Assembly (NCBI GenBank): GCA_022777205.1 | Contig: JALFGP010000037.1 | Location: forward strand, 2,819 to 66,818 | DNA length: 64,000 nucleotides | Direction of reading: 5' to 3' | Source: Rikenellaceae bacterium | GTDB lineage: Bacteria; Bacteroidota; Bacteroidia; Bacteroidales; UBA932 | Shown here: positions 37,737 to 48,407 of the stretch, piece after piece | Layout of the letters: each line of letters opens with the position of its first letter | Position numbering within the stretch: the first letter of the stretch is position 1 | The notes under the pieces: model-generated | The model's input: only the letters and a program-made list of their open reading frames with translations | What the model was told of the DNA's origin: nothing | Databases searched by the model: none | Program-made: the position numbers and the translations under genes

Positions 37737-40679
37737 ATGAGAAAAATTTACGCGATTCTTATATCTCTGACAATGGCCGTGTCTGCACACGCCGCAATAA
37801 ATTCCCAATATGACTTTGAAGGTCAGATGCCTTCATTCGTCAAGGCTTCCGGAAATTCAGCAATATCCCTCTCAACGGACAAATTCAAGGACGGAAAGCA
37901 GTCCATCCGTTATGAATGGTCGTCTCCGGATGCCCAACTGGTCTTCTCCAATTTCGCTGACATCGAAGCGTCTATGAAGGTGAACGGAGCAGGTCTGATG
38001 ATGTGGGTTTACAACACCGAATCGATGCCTGAGCCCCTCAGGTTCACTTTTTACGACTGGCTCGGCAATGAAATATGCCATTTCGATTTCGGTATGAACC
38101 ACAAGGGCTGGCGTGCGATATGGATAAAGTATATTGATATGCTCACAGCGGAGGGCCATTATGGAGACAAGAAGCCTGCGGAAAGAAATGTCTCTGCGGC
38201 AAAGATGACCGTCTCTTCGGCAGCCCCTTCAGGCACAGTTTACATCGACAGGGTAAGTTTTTCCAAGACCAAGCTCCACGCCCAGATAACCCCGGATATG
38301 CAGATTCCAGAGAATAACTGGAATCTTGAGCGGGATATGTGGCAGTGGTGCCGGCTCTGGGAATGGGAGCAGTACAAGGAACCTGAAAAACCTTCACTCA
38401 CCGGGGATATGAAGCAGATGCTCAGGACCGTAGAGGAAAGAATGGACCAATGGGCAGCGACCGGAAACCCGGGCAAGGAATATACAGCCGGCACGCTTAT
38501 GGGCAGGGCACAGGCTCATATTGACAAATACGGCATCAGGCGGCTGGCCGACGGATCCGTGACCGGAGCACCTCTTCTGAGCGATGACGAATTCAACCAC
38601 TCCAAAGGCGAAATGCGCATCAGGTTCATCCAGGAAATAGTATATTGGTATGCGCTCGACTATCTTTACACCGGCAACACCTCAAACATTCAGAAGGTTA
38701 TAGATGCAATGGACCACGCTCTCGACCAGGGTTTCGCTTACGGAAGCGGTCAGGGTACGAACCATCATTACGGCTATCAGGTGAGGGATCTTTACAAGGG
38801 AATATGGATACTCCGCAAGCCGCTCGCCGAGGCCGGGAAACTTCAGGACTATATCCCTGCACTCACTTACTGGTCCGGTCTTCAGGAAGTCAGGATGCCT
38901 TATGAACAGACCAGGGACGGTATTCTCGACGCCTGGCACACCCTGCACAACTGCCGCGTGATTTCCGCTATGCTTCAGCCTTCCGACGAGGATAAGTATG
39001 CCTATATGAAGGCTTTGGGCAGTTGGACTTCCGGTTCGCTCGCCTTTACTGACGGTACTCTCGGCGGACTCAAGGTGGACGGCACCTCATTCCACCACGG
39101 CGGACATTATCCCGGATACACGGTCGGTGCCTTGGCGAGTCTGGGCGATTTCATTTTCTACACAGAAGGCACAGACTTCATCATAGACCTTCCTGCAAGG
39201 CAGAACCTCAAATTCGCCCTCCTCACACTTTACGACTATACCAATGGCAGGGATTGGGGAATAGGAGTCTGCGGAAGGCACCCTTTCAACGGCAGGATTC
39301 CTGATGCAGATGTGGAGACCTACGCGCGACTTGCCCGTCTGGGAGACTTGACCGGCAGCGGCAAAAATGTGGATCCTCAGCTTGCAGGAGCCTACATAGT
39401 CCTCGGAGGCAAGGATAAGGCTAACCTTTCACTTTTCAAGAAAGAGGGAGTGGGGCAGTACATCCAGCCTGAAGGTTTCAATGTCTATAATTACGGTGCC
39501 TTCGGAGTGCATCGCAGAAACGGCTGGATGATTACCCTCAAGGGTTTCAATTCCGATGTCTGGGGTTCGGAAATATATGCGGCCGACAACCGTTACGGAC
39601 GCTATCTGAGTTATGGCTCGGTGCAGCTTATTGACGACTGCGGAGCCGAAAAGAGCGGTTACACTCAGGCCGGCTGGGACTGGAACAGATATCCTGGAGT
39701 GACATCCATACACCTGCCTTTCGACCTTCTCGAGAACCCGCTCAAGGGGACGCTTATGGAAAGGAACAAGTCCAGATTTCCGGGCGTTTCCTCGCTTGAA
39801 GGCCAGAACGGATGCCTTGCATTCACATACACGGAAGGTGACAGGCAGAACTTCTGTGCCGGGGCGACTGCTACCAAGAGCGTATTCTGCTTCGATAACA
39901 GGATAGTTTTCATAGGCACAGGCATCACCAACAACTCCACCTGGCCGACAGAAACCACCCTCTATCAACTCAAACTTGAGGACAAGAATGAGGAAGTGGA
40001 CATAAATGACGAATTCAGCGATGCCTTCCCGTATAATTACAGATACACGGAAAAGGGTAAGGTTGTCCTCACCGACACAAAAGGCAACATATATATAATA
40101 AAGGACGGCTTCGGGCTGACCGTGGAGAAGAAGCATCAGAGCTCACCTTCCGACACCAAGAAAAAGACCGGCGAGGGCGACTTCATCACTGCCTATCTGG
40201 ACCACGGCGTTTCACCAAAGGAGGCTTCCTACGAGTACCTTATGCTCGTCAAACCGAGCGGCAAGGAAAGCGGAAAATATGCGAAGAAGCAGCCGTACAC
40301 GGTGCTCCAGGCAGACAACTCCGCCCACGTGGTGAGGGACGAGGTGACGGGTATCACAGCCTACATCAGTTATTGCGGTTACAAGTCCACCACCTCCCTG
40401 GCATCCGAAATCGAAGCCGAGACCATAGTGATGGAAAGAAAGAGGAATGACGGGAGCGTAGTTGTCAGTGTATGTACTCCGGACCTGGGCATCACCCAAA
40501 AGGGCTACACTACCATCCAGCCGAGCCAGCCTCTTACTAAAGCTGTTTCTCTCAACGGTAATTATGCTCTTGTGGAGGACAATCCGGCTGTGAAGGCAAG
40601 TTGCTCAGACGGACAGACCAGACTTGAGGTCACCTGCATCCACGGACAGCCTGTCGAGTTCGCCCTCGTGCAGAAATAG
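37737..40679 (+). CDS. PL8 chondroitin sulfate ABC lyase
   Basis: Signal peptide, HHYGYQVR, FHHGGHYPGY (catalytic His/Tyr), GRHP, GWDWNRYPG and KSVFCFDNRIV motifs. Confidence 0.9.
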   Translation: MRKIYAILISLTMAVSAHAAINSQYDFEGQMPSFVKASGNSAISLSTDKFKDGKQSIRYEWSSPDAQLVFSNFADIEASMKVNGAGLMMWVYNTESMPEPLRFTFYDWLGNEICHFDFGMNHKGWRAIWIKYIDMLTAEGHYGDKKPAERNVSAAKMTVSSAAPSGTVYIDRVSFSKTKLHAQITPDMQIPENNWNLERDMWQWCRLWEWEQYKEPEKPSLTGDMKQMLRTVEERMDQWAATGNPGKEYTAGTLMGRAQAHIDKYGIRRLADGSVTGAPLLSDDEFNHSKGEMRIRFIQEIVYWYALDYLYTGNTSNIQKVIDAMDHALDQGFAYGSGQGTNHHYGYQVRDLYKGIWILRKPLAEAGKLQDYIPALTYWSGLQEVRMPYEQTRDGILDAWHTLHNCRVISAMLQPSDEDKYAYMKALGSWTSGSLAFTDGTLGGLKVDGTSFHHGGHYPGYTVGALASLGDFIFYTEGTDFIIDLPARQNLKFALLTLYDYTNGRDWGIGVCGRHPFNGRIPDADVETYARLARLGDLTGSGKNVDPQLAGAYIVLGGKDKANLSLFKKEGVGQYIQPEGFNVYNYGAFGVHRRNGWMITLKGFNSDVWGSEIYAADNRYGRYLSYGSVQLIDDCGAEKSGYTQAGWDWNRYPGVTSIHLPFDLLENPLKGTLMERNKSRFPGVSSLEGQNGCLAFTYTEGDRQNFCAGATATKSVFCFDNRIVFIGTGITNNSTWPTETTLYQLKLEDKNEEVDINDEFSDAFPYNYRYTEKGKVVLTDTKGNIYIIKDGFGLTVEKKHQSSPSDTKKKTGEGDFITAYLDHGVSPKEASYEYLMLVKPSGKESGKYAKKQPYTVLQADNSAHVVRDEVTGITAYISYCGYKSTTSLASEIEAETIVMERKRNDGSVVVSVCTPDLGITQKGYTTIQPSQPLTKAVSLNGNYALVEDNPAVKASCSDGQTRLEVTCIHGQPVEFALVQK

Positions 40680-40748
40680 GCTTTTCTTTAATATCTTTTG
40701 CTGAAATATCAACAAACAATAACACACCTGAACTAATACTTATTTGAA

Positions 40749-43700
40749 ATGCAAGGATTGACTAAATTAGTGGCGGCCCTGCTTATGCTGACCTCGACTG
40801 CGGTTTTGAATGCCCAGAACGTGAAGGTCACAGGCCGCGTGGTTGATGACTCCGGCATTCCGCTCGTTGCAGTCACAGTTATGGAAGTTGGAAGCCAATC
40901 CAATGGTACTGTAACTGACATCGACGGAAATTATTCCATTTCTGTTCCCGCAAAAGGCAGCATTTTGTTTTCCTGCCTCGGTTTTGCCGAAATCAGGGAA
41001 GCGGTGAACGGTAGGGCTGTCATCAATGTGACACTCAAGGAAGAACAACTTTCCATCGAAGCTGCGGAAGTTGTCAGCGTGGGTTACGGTTCCGTGACCA
41101 GAAGAGACCTGACAGGTTCCGTGAGCAAGGTCGATATGGGAGACCTTATGAAGTCCCCTATAACCAATTTCGACCAGGCCCTCACCGGTAAGGTAGCCGG
41201 AGTGGTAGTTTCCACCTCAGACGGTGCCCTCGGAACAGAAGCCAACATCACCATCCGAGGCAACAACTCCCTCACCCAGAGCAGCGCCCCTCTGTATGTC
41301 ATCGACGGTTTCCCTACGGAAAGTTCTATGGCCACAGCTCTCAACTCGGCTGACATCGAATCCATAGACATACTTAAAGATGCCTCTGCGACAGCCATTT
41401 ACGGTGCCCGTGGAGCAAACGGAGTGGTCGTGATCACCACCAAGCAGGGTGTGGAAGGCAAGCCGAAGGTGAACTTCTCCGCATCCTGGACTATGAACCA
41501 GATTGCCAACAAGGTGGAATTGATGAACGGATATGAATTCGTGCAGCTGCAGACTGAACTCTATGAAATTTCCGGCAACACCAACGCCTATCTCAAGCCT
41601 TCAGATGAAGATGCGGCGGCAGGAATCACCAGCTACAGCGTGGAAGACTACAAAGACATTCCATACAACGATTGGCAGAACAGCCTCTATCGCAATGCCC
41701 TCACCCAGAACTATTCCATTTCCCTTTCGGGAGGAAGCAAGGAGGCCGGCAACCGCTACAATGTCAGCTTCTCCGCTATAGACCAGGACGGTATCATCAT
41801 CCAGTCCAATTTCCAGCGCTACCAGGGCAAAATCAATTTCCAGCAGAAAATCGGAAAGAAAGTGACCGTTGACCTGCTTGCAAACTATTCCAGGTCACTC
41901 ACAAACGGTGTCACCCCGACAGATGCCCAGGCTGCCTCTTCCGCCACCGGCTGGCTGATGTATTCCGTTTGGGGTTACAGGCCGGTCAAGCCTATACGTT
42001 CCGGGAATACCGACGACCTATATGACGACCTTGTCGATTCTGAGGTGACAGGTGCGTCGGATTACCGTTTCAACCCTGTCAAGACTGCCCAGAACGAGTA
42101 CCGCAAGACCATAGTGGACTATCTCAACGCCAATCTGGGACTGACCTGGGAGATTATCGATGACCTTAAATTGAAGATTACCGGAGGTTACACCATGAAC
42201 AACCGCCGAAGGGAGGAGTTCAACGGCACCCAGACCTACACCGGCTATCCGGGTTCTCCATCCGGTAAGGGAGTGAACGGAGGCATCTATTGGAACAGAA
42301 AACTTACCTGGCTCAACGAGAACACCCTCACCTGGACCAAGCACATCAAGCGCAACCACCATCTCCAGTTGATGGGAGGTTTCACCATGCAGGGCGAAAA
42401 GTCCGACTACAAAGGCACTTACGCCACCCAGATGACCACTGAATCCCTGGGTCTGAACGGACTCCATACAGGAGATTATCAGACTGTTACCCCTTGGGAG
42501 TACAATTGGACAATGATGTCAGGACTCTTCCGACTCAACTACAACTACAGATACAAATACTATCTCACCGCATCCTTCCGTGCAGACGGTTCATCTAAAT
42601 TTCCGGACGGCAATCACTGGGGCTATTTCCCTTCAGCCGGCCTTTCCTGGAACTTCAACCGTGAGGATTGGTTCAAGGACCAGAAATGGCTGTCCAACGG
42701 TAAGTTGCGTGCATCCTGGGGTATGACGGGAAACAACAGGACCACCACTCCTTACGATTTCTATTCGCAAATCAGCGTACTGCCAGGCAACAAGGATTCC
42801 TTTGACTATGTCTTCGGCGGCCAGCCGGTTTCCGGATATTTCCCTTCGAATATGGCCAACAGCAAACTCAAATGGGAGACCACCGAACAATGGAATGTGG
42901 GCTTGGACCTTTCTTTCATTGAGAGCCGCATAAAGCTCACTGCGGACTGGTATCTGAAGAATACCCGCGACCTGCTTCTGCAGGCCACCATCCCGTCTTC
43001 TTCCGGCTACACCACCACAATGATGAACATAGGTTCCATGCGTAATCAGGGAGTGGAATTTACTCTCGACCTCACCCCGGTACAGACCAAGAACTTTGTC
43101 TGGAATATAAACTTCAATATTGCGATGAACCGCAACACCGTGACCGCGCTCACCAACGACCAGTATTCGCTTTTGAGCAAGGTTTCCTGGGACCAGAAGT
43201 TCAACGGACAGTATGCCTACATCACTCAGGTGGGCAAGCCTTCCGGTCTGATGTACGGCTACATTTATGAAGGAACCTACAAGCCTGAAGAATTCAATTC
43301 CGGCACCATCCTCAAAGACGGAATACCATATATGACCACCGTAGGCAGGAGTGCCGTACGTCCGGGAGATCCGAAGTACAGGGACATCAACGAAGACGGC
43401 ATCATTGACGAAAACGACCAGACGGTCATAGGCTGCGGACAGCCGTTGTCAACGGGAGGTTTCGGCACCTCATTCAATTTCTACGGCTTCGATCTCAACT
43501 TATTCTTCTCTTGGAGCTATGGCAACGATATACTCAATGCAAACAGGCTCTATTTCGAGAACGGAACCATAACCAACACCAACCAGTGGAAGACCTACAC
43601 TGATAGATGGACACCTGAAAATCCTCAAAGCGACATTCCGAGAGTGAAAGCCAACGGTATGATGGTCTATTCCTCAAGAGTGGTGGAGGACGGTTCCTTC

Positions 43701-43934
43701 CTCAGGCTCAGGAACATCTCACTCGGTTACACTCTTCCGCGCAAGGTTCTGCGCAAGATGCATTTCGACACCTTGAGAATCTATGTGTCGGCGGACAATG
43801 TGTTTACTGTTACGGATTATTCAGGTCCTGACCCTGAGGTCTCCACACGCAATTCCGTGCTGACTCCGGGCTTTGACTGGTCGGCTTATCCTCGCGCATT
43901 CGGCATCACCGGCGGACTTTCATTCACATTCTAA
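40749..43934 (+). CDS. susC: SusC/RagA TonB-dependent transporter
   Basis: CarboxypepD-like N-domain, VGYG, PLYVIDG, DIESIDILKDASATAIYGARGANGVVVITTK and C-terminal YPRA..SFTF. Confidence 0.96.
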   Translation: MQGLTKLVAALLMLTSTAVLNAQNVKVTGRVVDDSGIPLVAVTVMEVGSQSNGTVTDIDGNYSISVPAKGSILFSCLGFAEIREAVNGRAVINVTLKEEQLSIEAAEVVSVGYGSVTRRDLTGSVSKVDMGDLMKSPITNFDQALTGKVAGVVVSTSDGALGTEANITIRGNNSLTQSSAPLYVIDGFPTESSMATALNSADIESIDILKDASATAIYGARGANGVVVITTKQGVEGKPKVNFSASWTMNQIANKVELMNGYEFVQLQTELYEISGNTNAYLKPSDEDAAAGITSYSVEDYKDIPYNDWQNSLYRNALTQNYSISLSGGSKEAGNRYNVSFSAIDQDGIIIQSNFQRYQGKINFQQKIGKKVTVDLLANYSRSLTNGVTPTDAQAASSATGWLMYSVWGYRPVKPIRSGNTDDLYDDLVDSEVTGASDYRFNPVKTAQNEYRKTIVDYLNANLGLTWEIIDDLKLKITGGYTMNNRRREEFNGTQTYTGYPGSPSGKGVNGGIYWNRKLTWLNENTLTWTKHIKRNHHLQLMGGFTMQGEKSDYKGTYATQMTTESLGLNGLHTGDYQTVTPWEYNWTMMSGLFRLNYNYRYKYYLTASFRADGSSKFPDGNHWGYFPSAGLSWNFNREDWFKDQKWLSNGKLRASWGMTGNNRTTTPYDFYSQISVLPGNKDSFDYVFGGQPVSGYFPSNMANSKLKWETTEQWNVGLDLSFIESRIKLTADWYLKNTRDLLLQATIPSSSGYTTTMMNIGSMRNQGVEFTLDLTPVQTKNFVWNINFNIAMNRNTVTALTNDQYSLLSKVSWDQKFNGQYAYITQVGKPSGLMYGYIYEGTYKPEEFNSGTILKDGIPYMTTVGRSAVRPGDPKYRDINEDGIIDENDQTVIGCGQPLSTGGFGTSFNFYGFDLNLFFSWSYGNDILNANRLYFENGTITNTNQWKTYTDRWTPENPQSDIPRVKANGMMVYSSRVVEDGSFLRLRNISLGYTLPRKVLRKMHFDTLRIYVSADNVFTVTDYSGPDPEVSTRNSVLTPGFDWSAYPRAFGITGGLSFTF

Positions 43935-43946
43935 ATCGATGAAATT

Positions 43947-45680
43947 ATGAGAAATATATATAAAGTATTGATAGGGACATCACTTTCGGCAATCCTGTCT
44001 TCTTGCAGTTTCTTCGATGTCACCCCTCAGGTCATCTGTTCAGAGACTTTTTACAAGACCGAGGCCGAGGTCAAGTACGGGCTTGCCGGTATATACGGGG
44101 CTATGAGCAAGGAGAGTTTCTACGGGAACTACTATTCCCTGATGTATTCAAACATAGACGACCTCTGCTATTTCAACAGGGAAATAGGCACGAATTACCT
44201 CCAGTATTGCCGTCACGACGCAAGCAATCAGTTTATCTATGACATCTGGACGGCTATGTATCAGGGCGTCAACAATGCCAATTCATTTATGGAGGCCGTG
44301 GAGCATTCAGAATTCGACCCGGACGGGAAATATTACAATGAAGCCCGTTTCCTCAGGGCCTATTATTACTTCCTCATAGCTCAGTCCTTCGGTGACGTTC
44401 CTTTGAGGACTTCTGCTGTCAAAACTCCGGAAGAGGTGTATTGCAAAGCCACTCCGCAGTTCGATGTGCTCACCTGGGCCGAGGCTGAAATGGAGGCCTG
44501 TCTTGAACTCGCCGAAGAGGATATCGCAGTCCAGCCTTCCCGAGTGACCAAAACCACAATGCAGGGCATACTTGCGAGAGTGAATCTCTTCCTTGCCGGA
44601 GCGAGTGTGCAGGGAGGGGACAAGACCAAGTTCCTCACCAATGCGAGGGACTTTGCCAATGAAGTGATTCTCAGCACCAAACACGACCTGAACCAGGACT
44701 ACTCACAGGTGTTCATAAATATGTTCCAAAACAAATATGACACAGAATATCACGAGTCCATGTGGGAGGTCGAGTTCTATGGAGACCAGTCCAGTGCCGA
44801 ATTCTGGTCAAACGGACGTATAGGCGACCTGCTCGGACTCCAGAGCGGCAACAGCACATCCACGGAATTCGCCAAATTCAAATGCAATTATGCCCACGGA
44901 CAGTACAATGGTTCCCTGAAGCTCTGGGACCTGTATTGGAAGACCGACAGAACAGATTCTGAAAACCAGCTGGATGTCATCACTGACAAACGTCAGGACT
45001 GGAACCTGCCTCCATACAATTACGCCGGTCACGCCAAGCAGCCGCCTTACGGTACTACTGGTTCGGGCACTTGTGTGGCAGGAATTGACAAGACTCCTTA
45101 TGTCTATGGCAAGGACGCGACCACCAAAAAGGACTTGACGACTACCACGACTCCTACTACTGCCCAGGCCATACGCAACTGCGGTAAGTTCAGAAGGGAA
45201 GTGCAGTATGAGGGCCAAAAGACGGCAAAGCGTCTGTACAACTGCATCAACTATCCTATACTCCGCTATTCAGACGTGCTCCTGATGTATGCCGAGGCAA
45301 GCAATGAACTTTCCGGTCCGACTCAGGAGGCCTATGATGCCGTGCTGAAGGTCAGGACCAGAGCCGGAATCTCGACCAAGGCTTACAGTGAGTACGACCA
45401 GGCTTCTTTCCGCGAACTTGTGCGCAATGAGAGGGGGCGCGAGCTCTGTTTCGAAGGCTTACGCCGTTTCGACCTCATACGCTGGGGCATCTACGTGGAG
45501 GCAATGCACAGTTATTCCGAACAGACGGCTGACAGCAGATGGTCCCAGAGTGCTGCTCTTGCAGCCAGGGCTCTCGATATGGGCGGTAACATCCAAAAAC
45601 GGCACGAACTTCTGCCTATTCCTTCCATTGAACTCGGATCCAATAAGGAACTTGTTCAGAACTCTTTGTGGGCTAATTAA
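43947..45680 (+). CDS. susD: SusD/RagB surface glycan-binding lipoprotein
   Basis: Lipobox LSSC, EARFLRAYYYF..FGDVP, RYSDVLLMYAEA and ERGRELCFEG.RRFDLIRWG motifs. Confidence 0.96.
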   Translation: MRNIYKVLIGTSLSAILSSCSFFDVTPQVICSETFYKTEAEVKYGLAGIYGAMSKESFYGNYYSLMYSNIDDLCYFNREIGTNYLQYCRHDASNQFIYDIWTAMYQGVNNANSFMEAVEHSEFDPDGKYYNEARFLRAYYYFLIAQSFGDVPLRTSAVKTPEEVYCKATPQFDVLTWAEAEMEACLELAEEDIAVQPSRVTKTTMQGILARVNLFLAGASVQGGDKTKFLTNARDFANEVILSTKHDLNQDYSQVFINMFQNKYDTEYHESMWEVEFYGDQSSAEFWSNGRIGDLLGLQSGNSTSTEFAKFKCNYAHGQYNGSLKLWDLYWKTDRTDSENQLDVITDKRQDWNLPPYNYAGHAKQPPYGTTGSGTCVAGIDKTPYVYGKDATTKKDLTTTTTPTTAQAIRNCGKFRREVQYEGQKTAKRLYNCINYPILRYSDVLLMYAEASNELSGPTQEAYDAVLKVRTRAGISTKAYSEYDQASFRELVRNERGRELCFEGLRRFDLIRWGIYVEAMHSYSEQTADSRWSQSAALAARALDMGGNIQKRHELLPIPSIELGSNKELVQNSLWAN

Positions 45681-45691
45681 TTGACTATGAT

Positions 45692-46663
45692 ATGAAAAGA
45701 TACATTTTTATTTTTGCATCCCTGTTTCTTGCCATTTCCTGTCAGCAGGACATTGTGTATGAGGCAGACTATGTGGTTACTCTTGACAAGAGCAACACAT
45801 ATATTGCCGGTACTCCGGTACGTTTCAATTTCAGCGGGAATGTGGACAATATCCTGTTTTACAGCGGTGAAAGCGGCTCCCAATACAAATTCAAGGACAG
45901 ATTCGAGGTGCCTATGGAGGCTGTGAAGGGAGCAGAACTCTCCATTGATTACAAGCCGAGATATGGAGAAGCAGGGGCTTTGGAGGTCTATGTCTCCAAG
46001 GAGTTCACCGGTTTGGACGGCAGTGACGGACTTGCTGACCGTCAGACCATAAAGAAAATGGTTGATGGAGGAATGCAGGGCTGGACCAAGCTTGAATACA
46101 AGGAAGGTGCATCCGACAAATGGACTTACCAGAGCTATGACGTGTTTGACGCCAAGGATAATTTTTCAATAGCCTTTCACTGGTGCCCTAAGGATTTCAC
46201 CAAGACTCAGAGATGGTATCTTGTCAATGGACTGCTTACTATGGACCTGGATGTCGAGGGAATGGATTGTTCGGAGATTGACCTCAGAAGTATGGACCTG
46301 GTGTCAGTGATGATGAATGAGGAGGTGGAAGACCCTTATCTGAAGGATGGCGGAAACGGTACCGTGAATTTCAACAAGACTGATGCCCAGATTGTTATGC
46401 AGGGCGTTTCCGGAAACCAGTTGAAATATGCCATTGATGCCTGGGTGATTTCCAGACCGATTCCGTTGAACAAGGTTGTAAATGACAAGGGAACAGTCAT
46501 CAAGAATCTTCAAAACTATCTCCACAGTTTCGAGTACACCTGGGATGAGCCGGGCACCTACACCGTGACCTTCGTAGGAATCAATGCCAATGTCGCTGCG
46601 ACTTCCCGGCAAATTCACGAGATGACTATCAATGTCCTTGCCCCTCCGTTTACAGAGGAATAA
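45692..46663 (+). CDS. DUF5017-like surface lipoprotein (third gene after susC/D)
   Basis: Lipobox AISC, AG.PV.FNFSGN.DNI.FYSGE.G.QY and C-terminal PGTYTVTFV..N (PKD-like). Confidence 0.75.
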   Translation: MKRYIFIFASLFLAISCQQDIVYEADYVVTLDKSNTYIAGTPVRFNFSGNVDNILFYSGESGSQYKFKDRFEVPMEAVKGAELSIDYKPRYGEAGALEVYVSKEFTGLDGSDGLADRQTIKKMVDGGMQGWTKLEYKEGASDKWTYQSYDVFDAKDNFSIAFHWCPKDFTKTQRWYLVNGLLTMDLDVEGMDCSEIDLRSMDLVSVMMNEEVEDPYLKDGGNGTVNFNKTDAQIVMQGVSGNQLKYAIDAWVISRPIPLNKVVNDKGTVIKNLQNYLHSFEYTWDEPGTYTVTFVGINANVAATSRQIHEMTINVLAPPFTEE

Positions 46664-46684
46664 AGACTGATTTGTATGATTTTC

Positions 46685-46716
46685 CCGTCCGGACTTCAAA
46701 CTCCGGGCGGTTTTTT
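46685..46716 (+). terminator. Intrinsic terminator or attenuator between DUF5017 and the sulfatase
   Basis: ccgtccgga-cttcaaac-tccgggcgg followed by TTTTTT. Confidence 0.75.
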
Positions 46717-46726
46717 CCTTAAAATT

Positions 46727-48286
46727 ATGAATCCAAAACCGACTGACACTTTGCTGCCCATAGTAATGCTTGCAGCCCCCGCAGCACTGCTCTCTACTTC
46801 CTGCAGCACCACTGGACCGCAGCCCAAACCCAACATTCTGCTGATTGTGGCCGATGATTTGGGTCTGGGAGACCTGAGCTGCTATGGCTCCCAACACATA
46901 AGTACCCCTCACATAGACTCCCTGGCAGACGGAGGCCTGCGCTTTCAGAACTGCTACGCAACCAGTGCCACATCCACCCCGAGCCGTTTCGCCCTTTTTA
47001 CAGGAATGTACCCGTGGAGAAACCCGGATGCAAAAATCCTTGCCGGTGACGCGCCCCTGCTGATTGACCCTTCTTTGCCGACCTTGCCGAAAATGATGCA
47101 GGAGATGGGTTATGCCACAGCGGCAATAGGCAAATGGCACCTTGGTATGGGCTACGGCAGGCTCGACTGGAACAAGCCTATTGTCCCTTCAGGCAATACC
47201 GTGGGTTTTGACTACACGAACCTCATCCCGGCCACTGTGGACCGCGTTCCTACGGTCTATGTGGAGAACGGAATGGTGCTTGGCCTGGATGAGTCAGATC
47301 CGATTTATGTGGATTATGAGAAAAATTTTGAAGGTGAGCCTTCAGCCCTGACAAACCCTGAACTTATGACTATGCCCTGGCTGCACGGCCATCAGGGTAC
47401 TATAGTGGACGGAGTGCCCCGAATAGGGTATATGAAAGGGGGCCATTCAGCGCGTTGGAACGACCGCACTATGGCAGATTATTTCCTTTCCAAAGTCACT
47501 TCCTTCATTGAGTCGCATAAGGACGAGCCTTTCTTCCTCTATTACGGCCTTCACGAGCCCCACGTTCCGAGAGTGCCTGCAACCCGCTTCGTGGGTTCGA
47601 GCGGCCTCGGCTGCAGGGGAGACGCTGTGGTGGAGGCTGACTGGTGTGTGGGTCAGGTTATTGCCAAACTCAGGCAGGAAGGTCTGTTGGAGAATACCAT
47701 AGTCATTATCACATCGGACAATGGAGCAGTGCTTCAGGACGGCTATGATGACGGAGCATTGGAAATTGCCACTGCAATGGGCCACGACCCGGACAATGGC
47801 CTGAGGGGTGGCAAATACAGCCTCTACGATGCCGGAACTCATATCCCTTTCATAGTCTATTGGAAAGGCAATATCACTCCTGCCGTTTCCGGGGCTTATT
47901 ACTGCCAGATGGACCTCTATGCAACCTTTGCGACTATGCTTGGTGCCGAATCGCCGGAAGGTCTTGACAGTGAGTCCTACCCGGATGTCCTCCTGGGCAG
48001 GCAACTGGAAGGTGGCCGTCCGACCCAAATTATCGAAGCCCAGGGCCGTCTCGCCTATCGTGAGGGCAATTACGTCCTGATTCCGGCCTACAATGGCTCC
48101 AATTTCAATTCCACAGGCAACGAACTGGGCAATAACCCCTATGATACTCTCTGGGACCTCAGTTCCGACCCGGCTCAGACTGAACCTATAGATGCTCCGG
48201 AACTGAAAGCCTCAATGAAGGCCGAATTTCTTCGCCTGACCGCCGGTCTTTACAGTGCTGAAATTGCTGTTGACCCGCTTGAGTAA
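46727..48286 (+). CDS. Ser-type S1 sulfatase lipoprotein (likely GalNAc-6-sulfatase, S1_15-like)
   Basis: PNILLIVADDLG.GD, FGly motif STPSR, GKWHLG, HEPHVPR and SDNG. Start MNPKP at 46727. Subfamily is inferred from context. Confidence 0.88.
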   Translation: MNPKPTDTLLPIVMLAAPAALLSTSCSTTGPQPKPNILLIVADDLGLGDLSCYGSQHISTPHIDSLADGGLRFQNCYATSATSTPSRFALFTGMYPWRNPDAKILAGDAPLLIDPSLPTLPKMMQEMGYATAAIGKWHLGMGYGRLDWNKPIVPSGNTVGFDYTNLIPATVDRVPTVYVENGMVLGLDESDPIYVDYEKNFEGEPSALTNPELMTMPWLHGHQGTIVDGVPRIGYMKGGHSARWNDRTMADYFLSKVTSFIESHKDEPFFLYYGLHEPHVPRVPATRFVGSSGLGCRGDAVVEADWCVGQVIAKLRQEGLLENTIVIITSDNGAVLQDGYDDGALEIATAMGHDPDNGLRGGKYSLYDAGTHIPFIVYWKGNITPAVSGAYYCQMDLYATFATMLGAESPEGLDSESYPDVLLGRQLEGGRPTQIIEAQGRLAYREGNYVLIPAYNGSNFNSTGNELGNNPYDTLWDLSSDPAQTEPIDAPELKASMKAEFLRLTAGLYSAEIAVDPLE

Positions 48287-48320
48287 GGCAGACTTTTTGC
48301 ACTTTCTTTCGCAGACAGTC

Positions 48321-48363
48321 AAAAAAACAGGAGGAACCACCGTTGATTCCTCCTGTTTTTTTT
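48321..48363. terminator. Bidirectional terminator between the convergent sulfatases
   Basis: aaaaaaacaggaggaa-ccaccgttga-ttcctcctgttttttt. Confidence 0.85.
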
Positions 48364-48407
48364 CATTATGTCCGGGGCTGGTAACCCTTTGGTGTCGTAG
48401 GATGCTC